The notes below the pieces were generated by a model, which was not told the DNA's origin, made no database searches, and saw nothing but the letters and a program-made list of their open reading frames with translations. DNA of 63,462 nucleotides, counting the filler, from Kipferlia bialata (taxonomy: Eukaryota): the NCBI GenBank assembly GCA_003568945.1. It is 3 parts of 3 records of this genome, joined end to end, with 100 filler letters (N's around TTAATTAATTAA, not from the genome) between each part and the next. Parts side by side here need not be neighbours in the genome. Positions count along the whole stretch, not along the records: positions 28,997 to 49,220 come from BDIP01000022.1; 2 more parts are not named here. The stretch is one strand, 5' to 3'. Below are positions 32,094 through 46,200 of this stretch, in pieces; positions within the stretch are counted from its first letter, which is position 1; the number at the start of each line of letters is the position of its first letter. Made by a program: the position numbers and the translations under genes.

Positions 32094-35000
32094 CTATTGA
32101 TGCCTGCTGCTATCCGTGGGCATTGACGGTATTGTCCCCATGACACCCAGATAGGCTGGGTCGTACTTGAACACAACGGTGGCGTAGTCTATCTGGAAGT
32201 TGTACATGTACAGGCCTAGAGAATGAGAGAGGGAGTGAGGGAGGAAGAGAGCGAGAGAGAGAGAGACACAACGGTGACATAGTCTATCTGGAAGTTGTAC
32301 ATGTACAGGCCTAGAGGTGAGGTAGAGGTAGAAACCTCTATAACGATGAGCTGACTGGAAGTGTATAATAACACCCACCTCCGTGTGTGTGGAGGGAGTC
32401 CTGCACCCATGGCGCTATGCCATAGGCACCTAGTACCATGAGAGCCTGGGGGTCAGTGGTTCACATACATGTACAGCGATATATCCAGTCTGTTGTGTTC
32501 ATACACTAGCATTGCATACCTGCTGTATGAGCATGTCCCCCTCTGGTGCCTCATACACCCCACCCTGTCTGGATGCATACTCCACCCCATACAGAGACAT
32601 GTCCATGTCCACCCACACATTGGAGTTGTACACAGCATGGGCTGCAAACTAAAGTGAGCCGCAAACTGACACAACGAGGCTAATGCATGGCTGATACACA
32701 AGAATCGAGGAGAAAGAGAGAATATTGTGGGAGTTGTACACAGCATGGGCCGCAAACTAAGGTGAGGAAAGGGGGAGAGGTAGTGTAACTGACATTGGGA
32801 GTGATGCATTGTCGTACTGTGTATATGTTGCACTGAGCATGGCCAGAGTATATATCAGATATACAGGTCAAATGCATTAGGCAGACTCTAGCGAGTTGAA
32901 GTGACATATAGTATAGGAGACACACTTACCGTATATGTTGCATTAAACATGACAAGGTCCTGTGGCCCGCCCTCTATGCCCACTGAGATGGGGCCAGAGA
33001 AGGACACCTTGAGACCGGAGGGCAGGATGTCAACCTAGGGCATGAGAGAGTGGGTTGGTACTTCGGGTAATACTCAGTATCTACTGTGGTCTGGTATGCC
33101 TAAAGGGAGAAGTAAATAGTAGGTATAACGATAGCAGCGGAACGCAAAGAGGCTCCTGCATACCTCTGGGTAGGTGTACCCTGGTGTCTCAATATCATAG
33201 TATACACAAACACATACAAGACAGCATATACGACTCCCTGTACCTCTGGGTAAGTGTACCCCGGTGTCTCTGGTGTGTATGGGATGGACACACTCAGGGG
33301 CTGGTCTGGGGTGGGGTGGTATACATACTCAGGGACAATGATTCACGGTGGTGAAAACCACTCTACCGAAATAATAGTATAGACATTGGGAATAGAGTAC
33401 CTGGATACTATCCAGTGGATAGTCCTCGTATCACAGTACCTATCGAATCATCGGATACATGTATTGAATACCTGGATAGTCTTCATATAGCTGTGGCACG
33501 CTGCTCTTGTAGTATGACGTGGTCATCAATGGTTGGAAGGTGGAGGGGACAGAGGAGGGGGTGACGGTGGCCTGAGGGTGAGGGTCTTGAGTAAAAGAGA
33601 GAGAGAGAGAGAGAGAGACCATACACACAGTATGTACCTCCAGGTACCCCTGCTGTGCATGTGCGTTGAACATGGACTCTATCACTACGGGGCTGGTCAG
33701 CTGGGGTGAGGATACAGAGAGTGGCAGAGAGTAGTAGGGTGTGTATGTGCGTGATATATGTACCTGTTGATAGTCTGCATCCCCTATAGGGTCATACCCC
33801 TCTCTCTCTCTCTCCATCTATCTCTCTACTAATATATCCATATATACACTCTATACCTGCTGGTAGTCTGCGTTCCCTATCAGACTGGGCATGGGGACAG
33901 GTGTCCTGTGGGGCAGGATACCCCGGTGGGAGGGGGACCAGATGGTGCCTGGGGGTAGAAGGGAATGATATACTACTCTCCATATGCAGTACACTACTAG
34001 TACTACTCTACTATGATATGACCAAACAATCATGACCAGCCGGTGCCTGGGGGTAGCATTGGAGAGGCATGCTACCATATGTATGTAGCACTACATGCCT
34101 CACACCTATCTCTGGCATTGTGAACGTGCTGTCTGATGTACTCAGCATCCCAGGGGGCACCCTGATGTCCACTATGAAGCCACTGCCCACACCCGCTATG
34201 CCGCAGTTCAGAGAGTCTGGGGGTGAGGAGGGGGTGCAAGGATATGGACATGTATTTCAGAGAGTCTGGGGTTAAACAATACCAATCAACAACAACCACT
34301 CGAGCGTGGAAATGCCAGTTTCACAGCACCTACCCATACTCTCCATGACAGTCTCCACCACTTGATATAGAGCACACACCGTCTATGGAGTATACATACA
34401 ATACACTTACACACCTAGACTCTCCATGACCGTCTCCACCACCTCATAGAGGGCATCGGGTAGATAGAGGTTGAGCACATCAATGATGACACCCTTCATG
34501 TAAGGAAACAGGTACCCGTCTGTATAGAGTGGGAGATAGAGAGCTAGCGAGCGAGAGTAGAGACTGGGTACACCGATGATGACAGCATATATATGGATGT
34601 TTAGGAGAAAGATGCAGATGAGTATCGCTATAGAGGAAGGGGGTCAGAGTGTTCGTACCTTGAATACATCGAATATCTCGTTGAACAGAGCCCCGTCCCC
34701 TACAAGGGTCAGGTCGATGTCCTGTAGGGTTAGGGAGGAGATGAGAAGATGAGTAACAGTGAGAAGAAACCGTCACATGAGACGTCATACCTCTTTGGTG
34801 AGTGTACTGACATACTTGTAAATGAACATAGCATACATACCTCTATGGTGAGGTCGAACTGGTCCAGGTTGACGTTGAAGTTGTCATACTGGTTCACAGA
34901 CCTGGGGTAAAGCATAGTAGTAGTGCGTATATGTATACATACATATATATACCACTACTTTCAAGGAATGTTGACAGACCTGGGGTGAGGGGGATATCCG

Positions 35001-36551
35001 CCATGTAGTTATCTGCACTTACACAGATACATTAGCACAAAGGTGTATATACCACCACTCCATACATGTATGCCCTCATGTCTGTCTGACTGAGCCTCAC
35101 ACTGACAGTGCCTCTCTCTCTCTCTCTCTCTCTCCATATACATACATATATACATATTACCACCACTCACATGTATGCCCTCATGTCTGTCTGACTGAGC
35201 CTCACACTGATGGTGCCGGTCCCCTCTGCACTGGGATAGGGCCAAAAGGTGTCTACCACCTCCCAGGCAAAGGACATGTACACAGACAGACCCTCCACGT
35301 CTAGAGTGAGCCAGAACAGCATGAGCAGATACGTAACATTATATATATATATGACACGTAAACAGACAGACCCTCCACATCTGGGGTCAAGGAGTGTACA
35401 CAGAGAGATACTACAGTGTATATACACATGTATATATGTGTGTGTGCCCCAGCAAAGGACATGAGCATACATACAGACCCTCCACGTCTGGAGTAAGAGG
35501 GCACACCATACACAGGTATACTACACTACAGAGTATAGATATGTTATAAAGGGTCGTTATGATACACATATATACACATATAAACAACAAAGACACCTAT
35601 AGTACACTGTCCACTCACCCAACAGCATCTCCGGGACCCCTGTCTGTGTCTCTGGCACTGTCTCTGCTGAGAAGGCATCGTACTGGATGTCGGTCACAGT
35701 CATCTGGGTCAGGGCATAGCTGAGGGTTAGAGGAAGGGGAGAAACCCAGAGAGAGAGAGAGATAGAATGATAAGACATCTGGGTCAGGGCACAGCTGGGG
35801 TGAGAAGGGGAGGTATATACACAGGGGAGAGAGAGAGAGAGAGAGAGAGATGTAGAGACAGAGTACAGCTCCCCACCTCATGTCTGCCACCAGTAGGTTA
35901 TCCTCCCCGGTGATGTCAGGCAGGGTCTGGCGTGGGATGGAGAGAGGGATGGTTACAGTGTGGACAGTAACAGGAATACTGTTTATAGAAAGAGAGAGTG
36001 CGTGTGTACATATATACCTGCCCCACTGCGTATGTCATGACATACTTCACAGCCAGGGAGAAGAACCGGTTGAGTCCGTCCTCTGAGGTGGGGGTAGGAG
36101 AGAGAGAGAGAGAAGGAGATATATAGTGAATCGTGTACAGTCTCGGCAACACTTCTCTACAGGTATGTACATACGACAATATACTGTTTGGACCTTGGAT
36201 CTTGTTAGCGGACCAAGAAGAGAGGAAGATAAAATCACAAAGTGACATACGAATATATCAGTGCAGCGAAGACATACCCAATCATAGTCACTAACACACT
36301 CAGAATCCCATCTCTACACGTATACATGCCTACCCACCTGTGAATGTCAGTATGGAGCCAATATCACTGACTGTAGGGAGTGGTCCGTCGACATGGCATG
36401 GCTCTGTCTCTCCATCTCTCTCTCTCTCCTTCCCCCAGCTACCAAGTGACTCTGCTTCGACCACCGGTACATCATACAGAGGAGATCCCAACGCAGAGAG
36501 TACCATTGGACATGCTAGAACCAGCAACACACATATACACAGCTGATGCAT
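32094..36551 (-). CDS. Secreted BPI/LBP-like (TULIP superfamily) lipid-binding protein, many exons
   Basis: Hydrophobic signal peptide (MHQLCICVLLVLACPMVLSA); ILTFTEDGLNRF..TLPDITG resembles the BPI N-terminal ITQKGLDY..IPD.SG; beta-rich alternating strands; C-terminal VVFKYDPAYLGV. Confidence 0.68.
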
Positions 36552-36748
36552 AGCTAGTCACACCTAGCGAGAAATGGGGGACACAATTGTGCCTGGTCAT
36601 CGTTAAACCCTTCAGTGAAAAACTGCCTGTACCCTTTTGAAAAACGAGACTGAGTACACTACGAACCATGCCCTCCATATCAGCTTGAGTAGGCTAGTCT
36701 CAGCCCATAGGGTGTGATAGAGTGTAGAGACACAGTCTGTGTGTTGCC

Positions 36749-37250
36749 ATGAGCATCAACTTCAAATGGAGTGACCTACAGGGGAGCACGGCGATGCTGA
36801 AGGACTTCATACACCAGGTATGGGTGTCTATCCGGATATACATAGTACCATTCCAAAGAGTATACACATACTGGTCCACTCTCTGGTAACTGGTTGTTTT
36901 GAGAGGAGTGTGAATATGGTGGTTGGTATGTCCCTCTCTCATATATGTGTGTGTATCAAGGCACGTACTCATATCCAGTGGATTTGTATACTGTCCCTAA
37001 CCTATCTAGGCCACTGTGGCTAGTAGTGATCAGTATTTGTGTTTGTATTGACTCTGGTAGTGTTTATATGGTCCCACATACCTATCGTGCCCGTATATAC
37101 CTATTTCACCCCTCACTCTCAGGCCACTGTTGCCATCAATGACCAGGGTGTGTTCCCAGGGGGGGTGTCCCTAGACCTCCTAGAGTTGGGGTCTCCTCCC
37201 CAGTTCAACCTGAAGAGTCTGGATTGCATGTCAGAGGGTATGGGTCTCTG

Positions 37251-37285
<35 letters not shown>

Positions 37286-37489
37286 GTATGTATGCCTGTA
37301 TTCCCATTCCCTCATTCTAGGCACTGCGTGTGTGTCCTTCATGCCCTTTCACACACACACACACACACTCTCTCTCTCGTTCTACCGTATACATACATAC
37401 TAAGTATCCCTCACCCCAGGCACCGTGGGTGTCTCCTTCACGCTCTCTCTCACTCTCTTCCTCTCTCTTCCCTCACCCCAGGCACCGTG

Positions 37490-37521
<32 letters not shown>

Positions 37522-38612
37522 CCCCCCCCTAATTCTAGGCACTGTGGGCGTCTCCTTCACGCTCCGTGCCTCTGATCCAGTCAAGGTCAAGCTGAGTGCA
37601 GACGTCAACACTAGCCCATTTGCAGCGCATGACAGGTACAGCATGCATTATGTATAGATATTGTGGTGTATAGATAGCTCACCCCCCTCACACCCAAGGC
37701 CGAGGCAGCGTGCGTATGACTTCATTTATGCATACACATATATATAAGAATAAATTTTTATAAATGTATGTATGTATTGGAGATATATGTATAAATATTG
37801 CTTATACTAGGCCTAGGCAGCGTGCGTATGACTTCATGAATGTGGGCCTCGCCGCTGCCCCCGCTGTGATGCCCCTCTCCATCACCCTGTCCCACCTGTC
37901 ATTCGATGTGTCGGGGTCCATCACAGTGGATGCAGGTATTGTGCACTATCATATGAAATATACTATCGTATGGAGTTGATCTTAATTGTGTTTGTGTATG
38001 GTACCTCTGTAACACACGTTCCCTGTCTCTATCTCTATATTTGTAGTTATCAACTATATATATCACACCCCATAGTACTAACTCCCACAGTGTGCATGTT
38101 CCGTCTACCCCATCTCCCTCTCTCTCTCTCTCTCTGTGTATATATCTACTACTATATATATTCCCTTTCTCTTGAGTCTGCCTGTTCCGTGTCCCCCATC
38201 TCCCTTTCTCTCTCTCTGTGTGTGTATATATATACTACTATATATATATTCCCTTACTTCAGAGTCTGCCTGTTCCGTGTCCCCCATCTCCCTGGTCGAG
38301 GTCTTTGCACCCTTGATCTTTGGCCAACAGGGAGACCAGAAGGCCCCAGGTCAGTCTCTCTCTCTTCCTCTCTCTCTCTCTCTCCCTCTCTCTCTCTCTA
38401 TATATATATGTCTCTCTGTCTCTCTCTCTCTCTTACCCTCAGCTGGCAAGGGAGTGTTTGAGATCCTCAACGATGGGTATATATCCAACCTGGAGTTTGA
38501 GACGTCCTTCGACCACTACCCCCTCTTCACACCCATGCTCAGAAGGGTCGTGGTGCCCATACTCAAGAGGGTGCTCTACAGGGCCCTGTCCAGGGTCGAG
38601 TTTGACATCTAG
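36749..38612 (+). CDS. SMP-domain protein, Mdm34/Mmm2-like (ERMES), 220 aa, 6 exons
   Basis: Exons 36749-36817, 37123-37237, 37539-37635, 37811-37935, 38263-38349 and 38443-38612 are in frame. MSINFKW, LELGSPPQF, LSADVNTSPF, GLAAAPAVMPLSITLS and LNDGYISNLEFETSFD parallel Mdm34 MSF.FNW, L.FG..PP, L.TKVQANPL, A..PL.VP..L.LS and F.NDPL.S..VSSTFD. Confidence 0.75.
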
Positions 38613-39253
38613 GGCATGGCTGGGTGTACTACTACCTTGGGCCAAGGCGTCGAGTTTGATACCGAGGGGTGTTCTGAAGCTATGGGGTTGCTGTAGGGTA
38701 GTTGGAGGGATGATGGTAGGAGACCTAGCCCACTAGTGCTAGTGGTACTAGGGGTCCTCGTGGGGCTAAAGGGTGTTAGAGGACAAGGGTTGCAGGTGGA
38801 TGGTGCAATCCGACTTTGCTTTGTGTATGTTGTGTTGTTATGTTTGCAGAATCGTTCATTATTGAGTAATATTATGTTAATATAAGCGGAGGTGTTCATG
38901 TATTAGTTTCTTGGTATGTATACAGACAAGGGAACTGACTGTCAAACACTCACTCACGAAATCCATTGTAGCCACCCTAGACTGGCATACACCACACACA
39001 TACCATAGGAACACACTAATACACACTGGTATAGATACAGGCATCGCTAGACACCCTCATACCATCATACAACAACATCGCCAACCACACACGCACACCC
39101 TCTTCTTCGGTTAGAACATCCAAACATACACACACCTACTCTCCCACTCATACAGACTCTCTCTCTCTCTCTCTTGAAAAACCCCCTTGGCCAAAACAAT
39201 GCACTTACACCCCTACAAACAGAGGCAGACAGGGGATACTACACCCTTAATGT

Positions 39254-40546
39254 CTACCCCTTCATCTTTGCAGAAGTGGGTGTGATTGTGACCCTGTCCC
39301 CCTTGTCCCACATCTCCACATAGGGACACACACAGGCAGGGAGGGACCGGAAGGCAGTGCCGCGGTACCTGGCATTAGGGTGGAGAGAGACTATGAACAT
39401 ACACACACACACACACATACACAAACAGAAAGAGAGAGAGAGAGAGAGAGAGAGACTGTTGCCCACCTGCCATCCACGCCAAAGACATACAGAGAGGGAG
39501 AGAGATATATATACACAATATATACACAATATATACACAATATATATATATACCTGCCATCCACGCCAAAGGCCACGCTGCGCTTGGGAATACTGGGGGT
39601 GAGAGGGGTTGAGAGGGGGTGAGAGGGGATGAAGTGATGACTGGCATGTGAATGGAATGGATGCAGAGCACCCACCTTACTATGACTGTGATCTCTGAGC
39701 CCTCTCCGAACTCATCGGTGTATCGGTAGCCCTGGGGTGAGGGGGAGAGCGGAACATAGTATTGATATGCATATACTTGATCAACAGCTCTAACTTGTCC
39801 TCGCCCACCTTATCCCTCCACTGTGCCATGATATATACAGACTAGTAAAGATATCTATAGGTGTGTGTCTCTATACCTTGTTCCCCGTGCACCTGTTCCC
39901 CCCACTGTACAGGGCCCATCCCAGGGGGGTGCGGTGGATGTTCTCAAGACTGAGGGTAAGGGACAGAGAGAGAGAGAATGAAAGGGAGAGATAAAGAGAT
40001 TCATACTCACCCTGCACTGGGGTCACACACCCCTAGCATGATGCCGGATTGACACCTATCTACCCTGGGGGTGAGGGGGGGGGGGGAGTGTGTGTGTATA
40101 TGAAACAAAGGATGACGCATGTAATAATACATAGCAATGAGATCATTTACCATCACTCATCCACCCACCTGAATGTGATTGAGTGCACCCCCTCCGTCCA
40201 CCCCTTCCCCACAAGGACAGCACGCCAACCAGGGTCGCCACCGCCCTACAGGGTTAGACGACGAATCATATAGAAGTGTATTAACAGTCGATAGCTAGCA
40301 AAGAGGAATAGAAGGATATACGTACCTGTCTCTCGCATGCCCTGTTGTGTCTGTGCAGACTGATACCCCCATGGCAGAGAGTGGTGGAGAACGACAGGGG
40401 GGGAGGGCCTAGTGGGTGAGGATTGTCTACTGTAAACATACAATGTGGGTATGAAGCCACCCACCTCTCCTAACCATCCGTGTCCCAGAGCTGGACCCCT
40501 CAGTCTCTCCCCCAGTGGTAGCCCCCTCTGCCCCACTGGACCTACC

Positions 40547-40578
<32 letters not shown>

Positions 40579-43005
40579 TTGAGCCACCTGTGCCTATGGC
40601 CAGGGAGGGGATGTGGGGGACCTGGGTGTTAGTGTGTCATTACTGAAGTCTAAAGAGACGAACACAATGCAGAGAGTAGCAATATACAGTATACTGTTCC
40701 TTGGAAGGATTTGTCCCAACACTCATAACTGAACATAGTATGGTAGAGGTTACGTCTGTATAGTGCACTGTACCTTAGGCACCCTTGTCCTAAGCCTCAC
40801 TACATTATACTGTATATATATGTTAGAATTACATTGTGAACATGTACCTTGGGTGGCTTAGCCGTGTCCCCGTACCCCTCATCGTCTGTGACACTCTCTA
40901 CCTCAGACAGGGCATGGTGACACTCCTCGTCAAGCCTCTCTCTCTGCCTCTCCCTCTGCCTCTCTCTCTTGGACACGCCCTTGAAGCAGGGGATCTTGGC
41001 AGCATCTTTCCCACTCTCCCTCCCACTCTCTCTCTCCCTACCCCCCTTTACCACTAGGGTCTGAGGTGTGACTGTCATCTCAGGTGAGGCTGGGTCATCC
41101 CTACCTGACAGGACAGGCAGGGACCGGCAGGGGGCACTGGAGTGAGAAGAGAGGTAGAGAGGGAGAGAGAGAGAGAGAGAGTACCTGGGCGTGGGGTTGT
41201 CCTTGATGATTAGAATGGCATGTACATACATGCATAGAGTTATCACTATATATACAAGACATGTATGCAGCTATCTCTCTACCTCAGTGTTGGGTTGTCC
41301 TTGATGAGTGCCAGCAGGTCTGCATTGGAGGTGACAGGGTTGGGGGTGAGGGTGGCACACTGGGGTCAAAGGAGGGAGCAGGAGAGCAGCAAGAGACATC
41401 GGTGAGACAGACTAGGATGGAACAGGTAAGGAGGATGGGTGTGTGTATGTGTATATAAAGAGGAGAGTGAACTACGTACCGACACCGACTTCTGTATGTG
41501 CTCCATGGTCAGCATCACCTGCTGCGGGATGTTCTCTCTGAAGGGTTGGGGAGAGAGACAGGAAGAGAGAGAAGGATGACAATCGGCAAGTGACAGGGGA
41601 GAGAGAGAGAGTATAAAGAGCAGTGTATATGCAGAGCCACCCACCTAAGTGACCGGACTGACTCCTTAATAGAGCCCATCTCCACCAGACCTGACGCATA
41701 CTCAGACCGCTGCTGCTGACGGTAAGGCTAAATAGATATACCTGATAAGAGAGCTAAGTACTATACATATACACTCATGTCATACCTTGAGCTGTTTGCC
41801 GACATCCCATAAAACATATATATAATCATATATACTACAATATACATCTCTACTTCCTCTCCTACCTTGAGCTGTTTTCCGACGTGTCTGACGGAGTGTG
41901 TGACCTCAGAGTGCATCCTATCCAGCTTGGCATCCACACTCTTCCTGGGGTGGGTTAGGGAGATATACACATACTACCGTGAGAACAGTTACATATCTAA
42001 ATAGATACGTAGTCATATACCTGTAACTCCTGAACTCCTCCACCAGAGATATTATATATATATATTCATTTATACACATACAGGTATAGATGCGCATACA
42101 CACATATATATATATACCCATACCTGTAACTCCTGAATTCCTCCACCAGAGACAGCATGGTCTGGCAGAGAGAGTCATACTCAGCTCTGGAGACAGTGTC
42201 TCCCTTGTCCCTCTCTCTCTCTCTCTCCCTGTCTCTCCCACTCTCTCGCCGTCCCTTCTTCTTCCCATCACCCTCCCCCCACATATCTACCCCCTCACCC
42301 CTAGCTGGCCTGGATTCAGAGGGTGGAATGCATTGAGACATGAATATACACGCACTATTGGCCCAAATACTATATTCTTAGCTGTATATGCCTGAGGTCA
42401 TTTCGGTATCACTTCCAGAACGGTATCGGTATCGGTATCAAAATATGTATTCCCACGACAATATCCAGTCCATGGGTGCGAATTTACACCTAATAGAGCA
42501 TTATAGACCACCAGATAAGACTGAGGACAGACCACTGAGGTATACATCTACCCATACTGATATAATGAATAGTGTATCGTATCTACAATACCTAGGCGGT
42601 GTCATGCTGGCAGGCACGGAGTCACCTTCCAGGGGCTGCCATATCAGCTGGGAGGAGGAGGGTCTGCCAGAGCGCCTGGACCTAGGGGTGAGAGGGGAGA
42701 CTGAACAATAGGGACACTCTACAGTGTCTGGGTCTACAGTATAGGCCTGCGAGACAGGGATAGCACACATGTCCACACATAGTCATCCCCCATATAGGGA
42801 TACATAGACCTACGGCAGCCACAGATATGCATATATTCCCTCATAGTGAGGTGTTGCCAACACTTACTGTGACCGGAACTTGTATATATACGTATGAGTA
42901 TGACTCCCATTACCTACGCTTCCCCCCGGCCTCCACACCCCTCTGGTCGGTCCTCCTCCTTTCATCCGGGGCCAGATCGGCCCCTAGACTCATCACTCCC
43001 TCCAT
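39254..43005 (-). CDS. Coiled-coil plus C-terminal SPRY/B30.2 domain protein, many exons
   Basis: Helical N-terminal exons, then WRAVLVGKGWTEGVHSITFRVD, IMLGVC, GWALYS, FGEGSEITVIVD and GTAFRSLP...PYVEMWDKGDRVTI. Start codon tentative. Confidence 0.7.
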
Positions 43006-43297
43006 CTCTCGGAAGGTGGAACCACCAAGGTAGTCGAAAAGCGAGCTCCAGAGTCAAAGCAAGTTTCAGCTGGTTGACAAATCGGTTGCAGAAAGGGTCC
43101 AAAAATTCAGGTACATCAGTGAGCACTGTAGAGAGCAGATTGTCCCCTCTCTACCGCTACTGTAGATGGAGACGACACATTTGGGGGGAGGGGGGAGAGA
43201 CCGCCACTGATTGAATGCTGTCTCTCAGAGATAGACCTCCTGAAGTGTTCTTGAGCAGTCTGGTAGATCTGGTACTCTATCTGTGACCAGTCTGAGT

Positions 43298-46200
43298 ATG
43301 CAGGGTCTCCCGCTCTCTCTCCTCCTCCTGCTGGCTGTGCTGGTAGTGTCAGAGTGTGCGTACCCAGACGCAAATGCCAGTGTACTAGGCCTAGTGGTGA
43401 CCAAGGTGACACCCCCCCTCCCCCGGGTGTCTGGTGTGCTGAGGGGTGTGCTACAGACACTGGGGGTGGACTGGATGGTACCCACCAACTGGTACAACTG
43501 GCACAGCCGCAATGGTGATACAGGAGTGGGGGTGGAGGGGGGCACACTCTCTGAGGAGTACATAGGTATATACTATATATTATTATATATGTATATATAT
43601 AGTTTCTCATTACTTCTATGCATCACTGATACTGATACTGATACCTAGGTGTATGGGAGGGGTCGCTGGTCGGGGAGGTACCCGTTGACACCACTCTCCT
43701 ACCGTCACCAGTGAAGGAGGAAGCGAGAGAGGGAGAGAGAGAGAGAGAGGCAGAGGCAGAGGGAGAGACAGGTGCCGTGGGTACTATCACCATGTACACT
43801 GGGACCACCCAGCTGCAGGTAGTGGACACCCAACCCGGCACAGACACCACTGTATACGACACTGTCACTGGGGTGCTCACCGTCAGAGCAGGGGCATCTC
43901 TGCTGTGCACTTTCTTCAGGTACATATTATATTTGCCTACACATATATACTTCCGGATACCGGAGTATGTCAATCCCCCCCCCCCCTTCCTCACCCCAGA
44001 TGGGCTGTGGTTGGGAGGGTCTATGCCGGGACAGGCAGGGTGGTGTTGCAGGTGTGGTGTGGGTATACATACATGATGGAGATACCAATACTTGCATAAT
44101 ATAGGCCTCACTTGAGACTGGTTAATGTGTGCATGATGTAGCGTTCTCTCTCTTCTCTCACCCAGGGCTCCCCCACCTTCGACCCCTCCTCTGAGTACCC
44201 GGCATTCACAGTCGACAACCTGGTGGAGGTATTGGTATATTTGTCTCTGTACATGTCTGTATCGTATTCTCAATACAGATATACATAAAACTTACATAAG
44301 TAAATATTTATTAATATGTATTCTGTCTGCATATCCACTCATTCCAGGACCTTGACTCAGCCGGCTCCGACCCCTCTGTCTCATGGCCACCCTTCAACAC
44401 AGAGGACGTTATACCAAACACAACAATATCAGGTAGATACATATATACATATATATAGAGAGAGATAGGGAAGTGGATGTGGATGCTATACATGAGTATG
44501 GCTCACCCCCAGACCCCATGAAGGCCACCCTCGAGGTCTATCTAGAGCCATCGGAGTGGTCTGCTGGCATGGTACACGATACCATACCCGTCTACCCACA
44601 CGGTGACAAGCAGAGTGGCGTCATTGACATTGGTCCCTACACGATTGACACAGAGGACTGTCAGGCTGGGACAGCGTTTTCCAGGGAGTACCGGCTGACG
44701 TTCAACATGCAGGTGGGGTACACTGTGGTATATTGTGGATATTGTATACAGTATGTAAGTTTGGGTGTGATACAACTAAATTCTTGACACATTGATCTTT
44801 GTGACTGTATGTTCTGTTTCGCTCATGTCAGGTCGGGGTCTCTGATCCTGCGAGTTACACCAAGATAGCTACACGTTATGGTAGGCTGTCTCTGGCTGGG
44901 AGTGTCGGGTGTGCATTGGGGTGGTACTTACTCAAGGTACATTATCATCAAGACCACTACGTTATATGGTTCCGCCTCTCCATTATGTAACCCCCACTAT
45001 GTGTACAACACTCTACTCTAACCCCAGCGCCACTACCAGGAGGACCCCTCCATCCAGACCAGGGTGTCAGCACTAGGGCTCACACTGCTAGGTACATACC
45101 ACATACCAATCTACTTATACTCTCTGCGGTACCAACTCCACAAGTCTACTACTCCCCAGCACCCATGTACTATTCCCCCAATGAAAGACGAATTCCTGTT
45201 CTATATATATTCTTGCCATTTTTCCATTCCCTCCCTACCCCCAGTCATCTCTGACTCCTCCCTGTCCCTCCTCAACCTGGGCACTGCCGTACTGATACCT
45301 CCCATCATGACGGCACTCACAGTGGCTAGTATAGGTAAGTTGAGATAGGAGGTGATATGACAGACTTGCTGTTTCTATGTAAGCCTTAGTGCTTGAATGT
45401 GTTTGCGCGTTGGACACTCACCTCCAGTCCAGCTGATGTCTGCGGGTGTGTTTGGAGTGGCCCTTGCCCTGACCACACAGCACATAGAGGTGCCAGGGAC
45501 CAATGCACCAACTAGGGTATGGTACAGTGTATGCATACCTTGCTCTGTCTGTGTACATATACACCCGACTCACCCCGCCAGTCCTATGCCGCAGTGTATC
45601 TGTCCCAGTTCACCCTACTCACACTGTGGCTGTTCTTTGGAGAGACAGGTGGGGATAGTGTGCTTAGACACTATTGAGTGAGATTATATACCTCATTCCA
45701 TCTGACCCCAGGAGTCCTGGCCTCCCTCATCACCTTCTCCCTGTGGCCCCTGTGTCAGATACTCAAGACAGCACGCTCACGCACACTGTCCCCATTCTCA
45801 CCCCTGGCCCTGTTCCTGTTCACGGTGCCTAGGTATCTTTACTCATATCTCATAGACGGTATACATGTGTATAGTACATATCCCCATCTGACCCCTCAGG
45901 GTATGGTTCCTGGGGTACCTCTTCATGTACCGCCGCAACGTGCTAGTCTTCACCCCCTCTGCCCCCTATGCACTGGCCTCTCTCCTGGGCACCCTATGCC
46001 TCATGGGTGTCATGTGTCTGCAGAGAGTGAGTGCTACACTTGGGTTGGAGATACCAGCAAAGAACCGTTGGACATACGGTACGTAGGTGTATACTGTAAT
46101 ATCGCGTAGATACTCACCCCAAGAGCAGGACGTGCCTCAGTCCATCATAGATCAGTGCCAGATCGACTATGCCCTGGGGGGGATAGAGGGGTCATCCGCA

